DNA from: a bacterium OM1 bin76
GTDB taxonomy: Bacteria > Actinomycetota > Acidimicrobiia > Spongiisociales > ZC4RG35
DNA: 64,000 nt
Direction: 5' to 3'
NCBI GenBank assembly: GCA_002238785.1
Contig: MPNA01000003.1
Location: 7,368-71,367, forward strand
The notes below the pieces were generated by a model. It had not been told where the DNA came from. It searched no databases and worked only from the letters and a program-made list of their open reading frames with translations. Positions 10,785-20,483 of the stretch are shown here, piece by piece. How positions within the stretch are numbered: position 1 is the stretch's first letter; each line of letters opens with the position of its first letter. The position numbers were made by a program, and so were the translations under genes.

Positions 10785-12569
10785 GTGAAGACCCTGCGTA
10801 TCGCCAATTGCTCCGGCTTTTACGGTGACCGGCTCGCCGCAGCACGGGAAATGGTGGAAGGAGGTCCCATCGATATTCTCACCGGCGACTATCTGGCTGA
10901 ACTTACCATGGCCATTCTCTGGCGTCTTCGGCGCCGCGATCCCAAGGGCGGGTATGTCCGCACCTTCCTTACCCAGATGGAACAGGTGCTGGGGACCTGC
11001 CTGGATCGGGGGATCAAAGTGGTGTCCAACGCCGGCGGACTCAACCCCGAGGGAATGGCGGAACAGTTGGGAGAACTGGCCGGTAGCCTCGGTCTGCAGC
11101 CCCGGATCGCCTGCGTCACGGGGGACGATCTTTCTGCGCGTGTTGGGGAATTGCAGAAGCTGAACGGACTACGCCACTTTGATACCGGACAGCCCCTGCC
11201 GTCGAGCATCAAACCCCTCACCGCCAACGCCTACCTGGGCGGAACGGGCATTGCCGAGGCGCTTTCCTGGGACGCCGATGTGGTGGTGACGGGACGCGTG
11301 ACGGATGCCGCAGTGGTGATCGGCCCGGGGATGTGGGCCTTCGACTGGGCAGCGGACGACTATGACGCTCTGGCCGGCGCCTTGGTGGCGGGCCACATCA
11401 TCGAATGCGGAGCACAGTGCACCGGGGGAAACTATGCCTTCTTCGATCGGGTGCCTAAACCCGAGCGGGTGGGATTTCCCATCGCCGAGCTGACGGCTGA
11501 CGGCTCGGCGGTAATCACCAAACACCCGGGAACCGGAGGAGTGGTGTCGGTGGGAACAGTGACCGCGCAACTCCTGTACGAGGTGGGAGGGGTGCGGTAT
11601 CACAATCCTGATGTAACCGCCCGCCTGGACACCATCCGGCTCTCCCAGGAGGGACCCGACCGGGTATCGGTCACCGGAGTCCGCGGTGAACCCCCTCCCT
11701 ACACCCTGAAGGTTGCTCTCAACTACCTGGGTGGGTACCGCAACAGCGTCACCATGATGATCACCGGGCTGGATGCCGATCGGAAGGCAGAGTCGGTTAC
11801 CACGGCTCTATGGGAGAGTCTGGGGGGTGCAGAGCAGTTCGAGGAGGCGGCGGTCACCTTCAGCGACACCGGCCATGCCGATCCGACCACCAATGAGGCA
11901 GCCATGTCACAGCTTCGCATCACGGTCAAGGGTCCCGACCCCAACAAGGTTGGCCGACGTTTTTCGCGGGCGGCCGTGGAGTTGGCGCTGGCGCACTATC
12001 CCGGATTCTTCATGACCGCTCCGCCGCAGGGCTCCTCCCCCTACGCCGTTTACTGGCCAACCACCGTGGACGCCTCCGAGGTCGTACAGCAGGTCCGAAT
12101 GGGTGACCGGGAGAGGACAGTGTCCCCGCCGCGGCGATCGGAGCCGGGCATTGCGGAAGACGCCAGTACTGATCCGGTCGAGGTCGATTCCACCCCTTCA
12201 ATAAAACACAGTCGGCGGTGGCAGGACACAGAGACCGTGACGGTACCCCTGGGAAGAGTGTTAGGCGCCCGCTCCGGCGACAAAGGCGGGGACGCCAACG
12301 TCGGGGTTTGGGCAGAGAGTCCGGATGCTTTCGAGTGGATGGTCGAGTTCCTGACCGAATCACGTTTCCGAGAGTTGATATCCGAAGCCGCCGGCTTGGA
12401 GGTCGAACGTCATGTTCTTCCCAACCTGTGGGCCGTCAACTTCGTGGTCAGGGGGCTCCTAGGAGAGGGCGTGTCATCCAATACCCGCACCGACCCCCAA
12501 GCCAAGAGCCTGGGCGAGTACCTGCGGGCCAAATTCGTTCCGCTGCCTGCATCGCTCCTGAAGGGATGA
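10785..12569 (+). CDS. AtuA-like acyclic-terpene-utilisation family protein (DUF1446 with C-terminal extension)
   Basis: VKTLRIANCSGFYGDRLAAAREMVEGGPIDILTGDYLAELTM resembles the DUF1446/AtuA N-terminus. The GTG start at 10785 is 4 nt after a perfect AGGAGG (10771-10780). Confidence 0.5.
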   Translation: MKTLRIANCSGFYGDRLAAAREMVEGGPIDILTGDYLAELTMAILWRLRRRDPKGGYVRTFLTQMEQVLGTCLDRGIKVVSNAGGLNPEGMAEQLGELAGSLGLQPRIACVTGDDLSARVGELQKLNGLRHFDTGQPLPSSIKPLTANAYLGGTGIAEALSWDADVVVTGRVTDAAVVIGPGMWAFDWAADDYDALAGALVAGHIIECGAQCTGGNYAFFDRVPKPERVGFPIAELTADGSAVITKHPGTGGVVSVGTVTAQLLYEVGGVRYHNPDVTARLDTIRLSQEGPDRVSVTGVRGEPPPYTLKVALNYLGGYRNSVTMMITGLDADRKAESVTTALWESLGGAEQFEEAAVTFSDTGHADPTTNEAAMSQLRITVKGPDPNKVGRRFSRAAVELALAHYPGFFMTAPPQGSSPYAVYWPTTVDASEVVQQVRMGDRERTVSPPRRSEPGIAEDASTDPVEVDSTPSIKHSRRWQDTETVTVPLGRVLGARSGDKGGDANVGVWAESPDAFEWMVEFLTESRFRELISEAAGLEVERHVLPNLWAVNFVVRGLLGEGVSSNTRTDPQAKSLGEYLRAKFVPLPASLLKG

Positions 12570-12705
12570 GGAGCCCCAGGCTCGGGTGGCCTGACACCGT
12601 TAACTGGTGGGGTTGCCGTCATATCTATCACCTTGGGGGATCCTCCCCTACCCCGCTCGAATCTCCCCGCGACGATCATTGCAGGCAGGAGGTATCCTCC
12701 TTTCG

Positions 12706-13617
12706 GTGGCTTCTGCTATAAGGGTCAAGAATCTCGTCAAGACATACGGCGAGGTCACTGCGCTCGGTGGAGTGAGCTTTGCAGTGGACGAAGGGGAGGT
12801 GCTGGCATTGCTCGGTCCCAATGGAGCGGGGAAAACCACCGCGGTCGAAATCCTAGAGGGGTACCGGCAGGCAGACTCGGGAGAAATAGACGTGCTGGGC
12901 TTTCGCCCAACCGCCGGTGGACGAGCCTTCCGCGATCGGATCGGCATCGTGCTTCAGGAAACCGGCATCGAACTGGTATTGACCGTTCGGGAGGTGATCG
13001 AACTGTACGGGGTGTCCTACTCTCGTCGGCGCCCGGCCGATGAACTCATCTCGCTGGTGGGGCTGGAGGAAAAGGCCGACGCCCGCATCAAGACTCTCTC
13101 GGGTGGCCAGCGTCGTCGACTCGATCTTGCCCTGGGACTGGTCGGAGATCCTGACCTGGTGTTTTTGGACGAGCCCACCACCGGCTTCGACCCTGCCGCC
13201 CGCCGCAAGTCTTGGGAATTGGTCGAAGGGCTCACCGCCTTGGGCAAGACCATCCTCCTCACCACCCACTACCTGGACGAGGCCCAGCATCTGGCCGATC
13301 GGATAGTGGTCCTGAATGAGGGAAGAATCGTAGCCGAGGGGACGCCCCAATCTCTGGGATCGGCTCAGGCAGTCACCACAGTCCGATTCAGGATGGCCGA
13401 TCCCGCCGGGCTCCCTGCCCTCGGCGACGGTCCCGACATCGAGGACAACCTGGTGACATACCGGGTTACCCAGCCGACCGCCGATCTGTACTCCCTCACC
13501 CGCTGGGCTGTTGAGCGGGGGGTGGAATTGGCCGATCTGGAGGTTACCCGGCCCAGCCTGGAGGACATCTACCTCGACATCATGGATCAGGCGGACAATG
13601 AAAGGCGGCAAGAATGA
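12706..13617 (+). CDS. ABC transporter ATP-binding protein (ABC-2/drug-exporter type)
   Basis: IRVKNLVKTYGEVTAL..LLGPNGAGKTT (Walker A) ... LSGGQRRRLDLALGL ... LVFLDEPTTGFD. The GTG start is inferred at 12706; the M-start track frame begins earlier in leader sequence. Confidence 0.75.
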   Translation: MASAIRVKNLVKTYGEVTALGGVSFAVDEGEVLALLGPNGAGKTTAVEILEGYRQADSGEIDVLGFRPTAGGRAFRDRIGIVLQETGIELVLTVREVIELYGVSYSRRRPADELISLVGLEEKADARIKTLSGGQRRRLDLALGLVGDPDLVFLDEPTTGFDPAARRKSWELVEGLTALGKTILLTTHYLDEAQHLADRIVVLNEGRIVAEGTPQSLGSAQAVTTVRFRMADPAGLPALGDGPDIEDNLVTYRVTQPTADLYSLTRWAVERGVELADLEVTRPSLEDIYLDIMDQADNERRQE

Positions 13618-14396
13618 CGGGCTTGCGAGCCGACCTCCCCTTGCTGTGGCGACAGATCCGCAGCCAGAACCGCACTTTTTGGAGAACACCGGTGGCCGCC
13701 TTCTTCACCTTGGCCCTCCCGGTCTTCTTCCTGGTGTTGTTCAGCGTGCTCTTTGGAAGCGCCGAAGTGGCCGAGGGGTACCGCTTCTCTCAATTCTTCG
13801 CACCCGCCATGGCGGTGTTCGCGGCCGGTTCGGCAACTTTCACCAGCCTGTCGATCGGAACTGCCCTGGCCCGTGACCAGGGCATTCTCAAGCGGGTGCG
13901 GGGCACACCGCTTCCACCCTGGATCTACATGAGTGGGCGGATCGGCTCGGCGGTGTGGATCGCGGTGGTGTCGGTGGTGGTTATGTTTTCCGTGGCATGG
14001 GCCCTGTTCGGCTTCGTCATGCTGTGGGACAACCTGGGCGTAGCCCTGCTGATGTTCGTACTGGGCATGGCTACCTTTTCGGCGCTCGGGTTGTCGGTGT
14101 GTGCGGTCGTCAAGAACGCGGACTCGGTGCCGGCGGTGGCCAATGCCTTCTTTCTGCCGATGGCTTTCATCTCGGGGATCTTTATTCCGCTCGACGACGC
14201 ACCGGGTTGGCTACTTGTCCTGGGAGATGTCTTCCCGCTCAAGCATTTCGCAGAACCCTTCGGCGACTCCTTCAATCCTTTTCACACCGGGCAGGTCCTC
14301 GGTTGGGAGAATCTGGCGATCATGAGCGCCTGGCTGGTGCTTGGGTTGATAATAACCATCCGGTTCTTCAGTTGGGATCCGAAGGGCTCCGGATAG
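13614..14396 (+). CDS. ABC-2 family transporter permease
   Basis: Six hydrophobic segments. The start overlaps the ATPase stop (ATGA). Confidence 0.65.
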   Translation: MTGLRADLPLLWRQIRSQNRTFWRTPVAAFFTLALPVFFLVLFSVLFGSAEVAEGYRFSQFFAPAMAVFAAGSATFTSLSIGTALARDQGILKRVRGTPLPPWIYMSGRIGSAVWIAVVSVVVMFSVAWALFGFVMLWDNLGVALLMFVLGMATFSALGLSVCAVVKNADSVPAVANAFFLPMAFISGIFIPLDDAPGWLLVLGDVFPLKHFAEPFGDSFNPFHTGQVLGWENLAIMSAWLVLGLIITIRFFSWDPKGSG

Positions 14397-14428
14397 GATT
14401 CACAAGCAACCGACCTGCCGACCTGTTC

Positions 14429-15211
14429 ATGACCACACCCTTCACCAGCCTCCTCTACCGCATATACGAGCGACGCCTGTTGGCTCAGATGGACGCCTCC
14501 CGTTTCCCCAGACATGTGGGGGTGATCCTCGACGGTCACCGCCGTTACGCCCGCCAGAGTGGGTTGCCGGCCTACACGGACAGCTACTGGGAGGGCATGC
14601 GGAGGTTCGAGAAGTTCATCGACTGGTCGGCGGAACTACAGATTCCGGCCATAACCGCTTGGGCGCTGTCAAAAGACAATCTCAGCCGCTCCGCTGCTGA
14701 ACTCGATCCTATCTACGAAGTGCTGATCAGCTTCTTCGAACGCATTCCCAAGCGTTGCCGGCAGCACGGAATGGGACTGCGGTTCATTGGAAGCCTCGAT
14801 CTGCTCCCATCCGGGTTGATAACCGCAGCCAAGATCGCCATGGAGCAAACCGGCCCGGGCTCCAGAGACCGCAATCTGACCATTGCGATGGGATATGGCG
14901 GACGTCAAGAGATCGTCGACGCCTGCCGCAACCTGGTGGCTGAACTCGGAGCCACCGTCACCGACCCCGTTCAGTTGGCGGAGAAGATCGATCATGAAGG
15001 ACTGGCCCGTCACATGTACTCCTCGGACCTGCCCGATCCGGACCTGTTGATCAGGACATCGGGAGAGTCCCGGCTGTCGGGTTTCTTGCTATGGCAGTCC
15101 GCCTACGCCGAGTTCGTCTTCGCCGATGTTTACTGGCCGGCCTTCCGCCGGGTCGACTACCTTCGGGCCCTTCGTGACTTCTCGCGCCGGGAGCGTCGCT
15201 ACGGGCGCTGA
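14429..15211 (+). CDS. isoprenyl transferase (cis-prenyltransferase, UppS / Z-prenyl diphosphate synthase family)
   Basis: PRHVGVILDGHRRYARQ...AITAWALSKDNLSRS...ESRLSGFLLWQSAYAEFVF are the UppS family motifs. The start is at the ATG at 14429 (MTTPFTSLLY). The upstream part of the 418-aa track ORF overlaps the permease and is spurious. Confidence 0.7.
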   Translation: MTTPFTSLLYRIYERRLLAQMDASRFPRHVGVILDGHRRYARQSGLPAYTDSYWEGMRRFEKFIDWSAELQIPAITAWALSKDNLSRSAAELDPIYEVLISFFERIPKRCRQHGMGLRFIGSLDLLPSGLITAAKIAMEQTGPGSRDRNLTIAMGYGGRQEIVDACRNLVAELGATVTDPVQLAEKIDHEGLARHMYSSDLPDPDLLIRTSGESRLSGFLLWQSAYAEFVFADVYWPAFRRVDYLRALRDFSRRERRYGR

Positions 15212-15213
15212 GA

Positions 15214-15954
15214 CTATTGGGTCACCTGCTCCGCTGACAGGTGGGTGACATCTCCGAATCTCTCCAGGGCGAACATCACCGCATGGGCCATGGGATAGGT
15301 CCGGAGCATGGAGACAGCAGTGTGTAGGGACCGGAACTTGTGCCAGGCGATGGGGATGGCGCCACATCCCAACAGCGTCTCGTAGATAACCGCGTTGGTG
15401 CCGCCATGGCCCACCAGCACAATTGATTTCTGCTGACCCGCCTGCCATAGGCGCGGCTGGTCGGGCTCCAGCATCTTTACGCCGTAACCCTCCAGTGTGC
15501 GCAGCAGCCCAGCGGCGATTCTCTCCCGAAAGCGATGGTAGGGCTCACCCCTGCGCACTCCTCTCCACAGCCTGTCCAGAGAGGGGGCTCCTTCAAGCTT
15601 GGAGACCCGAGCTTTGACCTGCTGGATCGGCATCCCGTCCCACTCCACGGGGTCCCCGATCTCGTTCATCCAAGGTTGCACCTGAGGCGTCAGGCCCAGC
15701 CTCTCGGCCAGAGGCGCCGCGGTCTCCCGGGCTCGCCGTAGCTCCGAGACCCACAGTTCATCCACCCTGGACCAGGACCGATCCGCCAACTGGTGGGCCT
15801 GGATTGTCCCCAACTCGGTGAGAGCCGGGTTACCGACCATTCGCCCACGGTGGGTCCAAGCGGGCTCGGCGTGCCGGATGAGGGTGAGCTTCATGTCCCT
15901 GAAGGTAACGCCTCTGTCTTTGCATTTGCCAATCGCTTCGCGAATCCGAGGCAC
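15214..15954 (-). CDS. histidine phosphatase family protein (phosphoglycerate mutase-like)
   Basis: LTLIRHAEPAW...G...H (RHG motif) and HGG near the C-terminus. Confidence 0.6.
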   Translation of the reverse strand: MPRIREAIGKCKDRGVTFRDMKLTLIRHAEPAWTHRGRMVGNPALTELGTIQAHQLADRSWSRVDELWVSELRRARETAAPLAERLGLTPQVQPWMNEIGDPVEWDGMPIQQVKARVSKLEGAPSLDRLWRGVRRGEPYHRFRERIAAGLLRTLEGYGVKMLEPDQPRLWQAGQQKSIVLVGHGGTNAVIYETLLGCGAIPIAWHKFRSLHTAVSMLRTYPMAHAVMFALERFGDVTHLSAEQVTQ

Positions 15955-16013
15955 ACTCCGTCAACTTGGGGGAGGCGGTGGGGTATCGTGTATTTCGCCG
16001 CTATTGGGAGAGC

Positions 16014-16589
16014 ATGGAAACAATCACGGTCCACAATTCTTCGCGGCGAGGCTGGCTGATCGTCCTGGTGGGCCTTGTCCTGGTTGCTTTGGCGTTGGAT
16101 CTGCTGGTGTGGAACCGGCTGGTCGCCGATCTGGCCAATAGGGTGTACCAGGGAGAGGAGGTCTTGGAGGCCCGAGAGCGGGTGTGGGCGGGAATCATGC
16201 TGGCGGCCGGAGTGATTCTCGCTTTGTGGGGCGTCGTCTCGTGCATCAGACCCCGCCCGGTGATGATCGTGGCGCCCGCAGGGCTCCATGTTGCTTTGCG
16301 CGGGCCCCTGAAGCCACTCGATTTGTTGCCTTGGGAGTCGATCGAGGCAGTCCTCCCGCAACCGGTGGCCGATGACGGAAGCCTGCTACGGAGTCTCACC
16401 ATCGTATTCCATCCGACGGCCGGCCGGCCCGACCTGCCCCATGATCCGTGGGGCGCCAGATGGACGGGAAGTCGAATCTTGAGGGTGTTGTCCTCCGACT
16501 GGTCGGTCCGGGCCGAGGTAGTGTCCGTTGTGAGCAATCACTACCTGACCCACATGGCAGAACGAGTGGAGGTGAGCAACAGTGTCTAG
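16014..16589 (+). CDS. hypothetical membrane protein
   Basis: Two N-terminal TM-like helices (LIVLVGLVLVALALDLLVW; AGIMLAAGVILALWGVV) followed by a soluble domain. No family recognised. Confidence 0.35.
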   Translation: METITVHNSSRRGWLIVLVGLVLVALALDLLVWNRLVADLANRVYQGEEVLEARERVWAGIMLAAGVILALWGVVSCIRPRPVMIVAPAGLHVALRGPLKPLDLLPWESIEAVLPQPVADDGSLLRSLTIVFHPTAGRPDLPHDPWGARWTGSRILRVLSSDWSVRAEVVSVVSNHYLTHMAERVEVSNSV

Positions 16590-17361
16590 TCCCATGCTGA
16601 TCGGAGCTCACCTGTCTAACAAGATGCCCCTGGAGGAGGCCGGGGCAATCGGCGCCGAAGTGATCCAGTGCTTCTTGTCCAATCCCCAGAGTTGGAAGAA
16701 GCCCCTGCCTCGAGATGACGCCAAGGAGTTGGCGGCGTCACCGATTCCCATCTATGTGCATGCTCCTTACCTGGTGAATGTCGTGGCGAAAGTGCCCAGG
16801 ATCCGAATACCGAGCCGGCGGATCCTGGCCGAGACGTGTGAAGCTGCCTCCGAGATCGGCGCGGCGGGCGTCGTGGTTCACGGCGGGCACGTGACAGGGG
16901 GAGGCGACTTGGGAGAAGCCGCCGAACGCTGGCGCAAGGCTCTGGTGCAACTCGACACCGATGTTCCGGTCTTGATCGAGAACACCGCTTCCGGCGATTT
17001 CGCCGCCGCCCGAAGGCTGGAGGACATCAGGCGGCTTTGGGAGGAGATTGGCGACTTGGAGGTGGGTTTCGTGCTCGACACCTGCCACGCCTGGGCCGGA
17101 GGGGAACCGCTGGAAGGACTAGTGGAGCGGATTCTGGCTGTGACAGGAAGAATCGACTTGGTGCACGCCAACAATTCCCGGGATCGCTTCGATTCGAGGA
17201 GGGATCGCCACGCCAACCTCAAGGACGGGGAGATCCCGCCGGAACTACTCGCCGAGGTGGTCCGCGATGCCGCCGCTCCCGCCGTGGTGGAGACCCCCTC
17301 GGAGGGCCAGGAGGCGGACATCGTCTGGCTGAGAGACCAAGTGCTCCACCCCAACAGATGA
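16582..17361 (+). CDS. nfo: deoxyribonuclease IV (endonuclease IV, AP endonuclease family 2)
   Basis: MLIGAHLS...VHAPYLVNV...VVHGGH...IENTASGDF...VLDTCHAWAGGE...VHANNSRDRFDSRRDRHANLKDGEIP matches Nfo motif for motif. Confidence 0.75.
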   Translation: MSSPMLIGAHLSNKMPLEEAGAIGAEVIQCFLSNPQSWKKPLPRDDAKELAASPIPIYVHAPYLVNVVAKVPRIRIPSRRILAETCEAASEIGAAGVVVHGGHVTGGGDLGEAAERWRKALVQLDTDVPVLIENTASGDFAAARRLEDIRRLWEEIGDLEVGFVLDTCHAWAGGEPLEGLVERILAVTGRIDLVHANNSRDRFDSRRDRHANLKDGEIPPELLAEVVRDAAAPAVVETPSEGQEADIVWLRDQVLHPNR

Positions 17362-17389
17362 TCAACAGGGGCCCCACCCAGGCAAGCGC

Positions 17390-17710
17390 CTAGCGAATCA
17401 CCGACTTCGGAGTAGGGCGGAGTTGCGAGACGACGGATCGCTCCCGGTGGACCATCTCCGACACGGCAGGCAGCATCTGGTGGTTCCAGGTCTCACTCGC
17501 ATACATCGCCTGGTAGATCCGGTCGCGCTCCTCTGGGGAGTCGAACCGTCGTATCCAGACATAGCCGTCGGGGTCTTCCTCGTCTGTGAATGATCCCACC
17601 ACAACCACTCCCTGCGAGACTTGGAAGGGGATCAGTGTTTCCTCCATGAAACGAACGAATTCGTCGCGTTTTCCCGATATGCATTGGTACTGCCTCAGTT
17701 CAAACAGCAT
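17390..17710 (-). CDS. NIPSNAP-family (Dabb-like alpha+beta barrel) protein
   Basis: MLFELRQYQCISGKRDEFVRFMEETLIPFQVSQG...RFDSPEERDRIYQAMYASETW, 106 aa. Confidence 0.5.
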   Translation of the reverse strand: MLFELRQYQCISGKRDEFVRFMEETLIPFQVSQGVVVVGSFTDEEDPDGYVWIRRFDSPEERDRIYQAMYASETWNHQMLPAVSEMVHRERSVVSQLRPTPKSVIR

Positions 17711-17887
17711 TGGATCCTCACTGTCGCCTTCTTCTGTGCTCGGGTTGCCCGAACGATCTGCTCACGGTCAAGGCGTCCCGTCCGATTCCACGGGCTTCAG
17801 ATTAACAACTATGCACACCTGGTACCGCCTGCGCCGCAGTCTCGTCATTCCAAGGGACTAGAACCTAGAACCGATATCATCACAGGT

Positions 17888-18241
17888 ATGGACTTTCTGC
17901 TAGAGACACATTCGGGCCTGCGGTGGCTGGTGCTGGTCGCCTTGATCGCCATGGTGGTGATCGGTTTGGCAAAGTGGAGCAAGGACTCCTCTCATCACCC
18001 TGCCCTGGTAAGCGTTAGCACCATTCTGCTGGACGTCCAGGCTTTACTGGGGATCATCCTGTTGGTGGTCAACGGGACCTGGGATGACCTCTTCCACCCT
18101 GTGGTGATGTTGATTGCCGTGGGATTGTTCAAGATCGGCAAGATCAGGACCGAAAAGGTCGAAGAGCCGACCAGGGGAAAGAGACTCACCGCAGTAACCA
18201 TCCTCACTCTTGTTGTGATTCTCCTGGGCATCTACCTGTAA
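17888..18241 (+). CDS. small integral membrane protein (hypothetical)
   Basis: Starts MDFLLETHSGLRWLVLVALIAMVVIGL and has four hydrophobic segments in 117 aa. Confidence 0.35.
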   Translation: MDFLLETHSGLRWLVLVALIAMVVIGLAKWSKDSSHHPALVSVSTILLDVQALLGIILLVVNGTWDDLFHPVVMLIAVGLFKIGKIRTEKVEEPTRGKRLTAVTILTLVVILLGIYL

Positions 18242-18459
18242 CAGTCCTCTCGCCCTCACCCCACCGGCAACGGCACACACCTGTAAAACCATTCCACAAA
18301 TCTCGGATCTGCGCACCAGGTAGCGGCTTATCATTGAGGGCAGCTAGCCCCCAGGGGGCGGTCGACTCGACTTGCAGCGTGCTGACCCCCGTCACCGGGC
18401 AACCTGAAACCCAAGAACCGATCCCCCAACCCATGGCGGTGGGGAGAGAGGAGCTAAAC

Positions 18460-19323
18460 ATGGCAAAGGTGACTGTTCCGGTCATTCGAGCCCGCAAAGG
18501 CGTCGAGAAGATCGCCATGGTGACTGCCTATGACTTCCCCGGCGCAAAACTGGCCTCAGAAGCAGGCATAGACATCATATTGGTGGGAGACTCCGCCGCC
18601 AACGTCGTACACGGTTTCGACACCACCCTTTCGATCAGCCTGGAGATGATGGCCTTTCATGTGGCTGCAGTCGCCCGGGCGAAACCCCACTCACTGGTGG
18701 TGGGAGACATGCCTTGGATGAGCTTTCACATTTCCCCCGAGGACACGGTTCGCAATGCCGCTACCTTGGTTCGAGCAGGCGCCGAAGCTGTCAAGATAGA
18801 AGGGGGCTCCGAGCGAATTCCCCACATCGAGCGTCTGATTGCGGCGGAGATTCCAGTGATGGGTCACCTGGGACTCACCCCCCAGTCGGTCCATGCCGAG
18901 GGCGGATACCGAGTCCAGGGTCGTCGGCTCGACACTGCCCGACGGATCATCCGTGATGCTCAGGCTTTGGAAGAGGCGGGTATATTCGCCCTTGTTCTGG
19001 AGGGAGTGCCCGAAGCGTTGGCGTCGGTGGTGACCGACCGGATTTCCACTCCCACCATCGGGATCGGCGCCGGTCGTTCAGCGGACGGTCAGGTGCTGGT
19101 CTTCCACGATCTCCTGGGAATGGGATTCGGCCGGTACCCCAAGTTCGTGCGGCAGTATGCCAACTTGAGGGACATCGCCACCGACGCGCTCCGCCGCTTT
19201 CGTGACGACGTCAAGACCGGGAACTTTCCCGGCAAGAAAGAGACCTACCGGGTGGACCCCGGCCTTGAGGAAGCTCTGCAGCTGGAGGAGACACCTTCGA
19301 CCGCAAACGTCTTCTCCTTGTAG
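18460..19323 (+). CDS. panB: 3-methyl-2-oxobutanoate hydroxymethyltransferase
   Basis: MAKVTVPVIRARKGVEKIAMVTAYDFPGAKLASEAGIDIILVGDSAANVVHG are the PanB motifs. The ATG at 18460 is preceded by a GGAGAGAGGAG ribosome-binding site. Confidence 0.85.
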   Translation: MAKVTVPVIRARKGVEKIAMVTAYDFPGAKLASEAGIDIILVGDSAANVVHGFDTTLSISLEMMAFHVAAVARAKPHSLVVGDMPWMSFHISPEDTVRNAATLVRAGAEAVKIEGGSERIPHIERLIAAEIPVMGHLGLTPQSVHAEGGYRVQGRRLDTARRIIRDAQALEEAGIFALVLEGVPEALASVVTDRISTPTIGIGAGRSADGQVLVFHDLLGMGFGRYPKFVRQYANLRDIATDALRRFRDDVKTGNFPGKKETYRVDPGLEEALQLEETPSTANVFSL

Positions 19324-19376
19324 TTCTTCTGACGCTTCCGGCCTGGGCCTGCGGAGAGGTCCAGGTCGCAGACGAC

Positions 19377-20018
19377 GTGGGTGGCGGCAACACAACTGCC
19401 GCTGCCCACCGGGAATCTCCCGGCGACGTTCCTGCAACCGACGCCCCAACGGCGCCTTCGACGACTCTCCCCGAGACTGTCACCACCTCGACATCTACCC
19501 CGCCCACCGCGGCGCCAGACACCGTCACCGAAACCTCTCCTCCTACAACTACCACCTCTCCCGCTACGGCCACCGCTCCCGCCGGCACCTCCACGACGAC
19601 CACCACATCGTCCCCTCTTCTGGAGACCGGAGACGTGGAAGGACTCGAGATCATCACCGCCCGCCTGGGAGAGCGGTCTCTGCTGCTGGCATTGGCAGAT
19701 ACCAACAGCCTGCGCTCCCGCGGTTTGATGGGGGTCCAATCTCTGGGCGACCTGGATGGGATGGTCTTCGCCTGGAAGGATCCCGTTGGAGTCTCCTTCT
19801 GGATGAAGAACACCCTGATACCTCTGGACATCGGGTACTTCGACGAGGACGGCGCGCTTTTCGCAGTGCTGGCAATGGTCCCCTGCACCCAAGACCCCTG
19901 TCCCACCTACCCCTCGGCAACGGCGGTCCGTTTCGCCCTGGAAGCAGTTCCCGGATTCTTCGACGAGGTCCCCTTGGGGGAATCTTTGATCCTAGGTGAG
20001 ACGGTCGCTTGGCCGTGA
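19377..20018 (+). CDS. DUF192-domain protein with Thr/Pro-rich N-terminal linker (probable secreted/lipoprotein)
   Basis: The C-terminal LLLALADTNSLRSRGLMGV...GMVFAW...FWMKNTLIPLDIGYFDEDG matches DUF192 (COG1430). The in-frame upstream codons (19302-19376) encode RKRLLLVVLLTLPAWAC, which looks like a signal/lipobox, but no canonical start codon is present there. Confidence 0.45.
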   Translation: MGGGNTTAAAHRESPGDVPATDAPTAPSTTLPETVTTSTSTPPTAAPDTVTETSPPTTTTSPATATAPAGTSTTTTTSSPLLETGDVEGLEIITARLGERSLLLALADTNSLRSRGLMGVQSLGDLDGMVFAWKDPVGVSFWMKNTLIPLDIGYFDEDGALFAVLAMVPCTQDPCPTYPSATAVRFALEAVPGFFDEVPLGESLILGETVAWP

Positions 20019-20039
20019 GACGGTAGCACCGCGATTCTT

Positions 20040-20062
20040 TAGGTTCCGATCTCCGCTACAAT
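20040..20062 (+). promoter_or_regulatory. possible promoter of the rpsF-ssb-rpsR-rplI operon (TACAAT -10 box at 20057-20062, weak -35)
   Basis: TTCTTT-16nt-TACAAT lies about 100 nt upstream of the rpsF start. Assigned by pattern only. Confidence 0.25.
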
Positions 20063-20159
20063 GATGTTCCGCACCCCCAAAATGCGCTTAGCGCCTGTCC
20101 TGCCCCCAAGGAAGGGGCCTTCTGCTCTCGAAGCGGATGACCAAAGGAGGTGACGCCAC

Positions 20160-20447
20160 TTGCGTCAGTACGAGCTAATGACCATCCATCGCCCGGAGAT
20201 ATCCGAGGCCCAGTACCGAGACAAGGTCCTGGAGTTGAAGGAGTTCCTCACCAATCAAGGGGCTGTGAACCAAACGGTTGACCCGTGGGGAAAGAGGCGG
20301 TTCGCATACAAGATCGATCATGTCTCCGAGGGTTACTACACCGTCAACCGGTTCGAATCGGAGCCGTCCACAGTGGACTCCTTGAGGCGAGTGCTGTCTT
20401 TGGCCGACGACGTGCTACGTCACAAAGTCATCCGTCCCGAGGTTTGA
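20160..20447 (+). CDS. rpsF: 30S ribosomal protein S6
   Basis: (L)RQYELMTIHRPEISEAQYRDKVLELKEFLTNQGAVNQTVDPWGKRRFAYKI... with a TTG start. Confidence 0.9.
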   Translation: MRQYELMTIHRPEISEAQYRDKVLELKEFLTNQGAVNQTVDPWGKRRFAYKIDHVSEGYYTVNRFESEPSTVDSLRRVLSLADDVLRHKVIRPEV

Positions 20448-20483
20448 GTTTGGTTCCCATGAGTAAGGAGAGGAAGAAGAGCA

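Noticed and set aside
13955-14428. N-terminal 158 aa of the 418-aa ORF 13955..15211
   Set aside because: It overlaps the ABC-2 permease in another frame. The UppS-like domain begins at the ATG at 14429, which gives a normal-length isoprenyl transferase.
19211-19906. Long minus-strand ORFs (231 and 215 aa) across the Thr/Pro-rich linker of the DUF192 gene
   Set aside because: They are products of repetitive ACC/CCG codons read in antisense, with no domain content.
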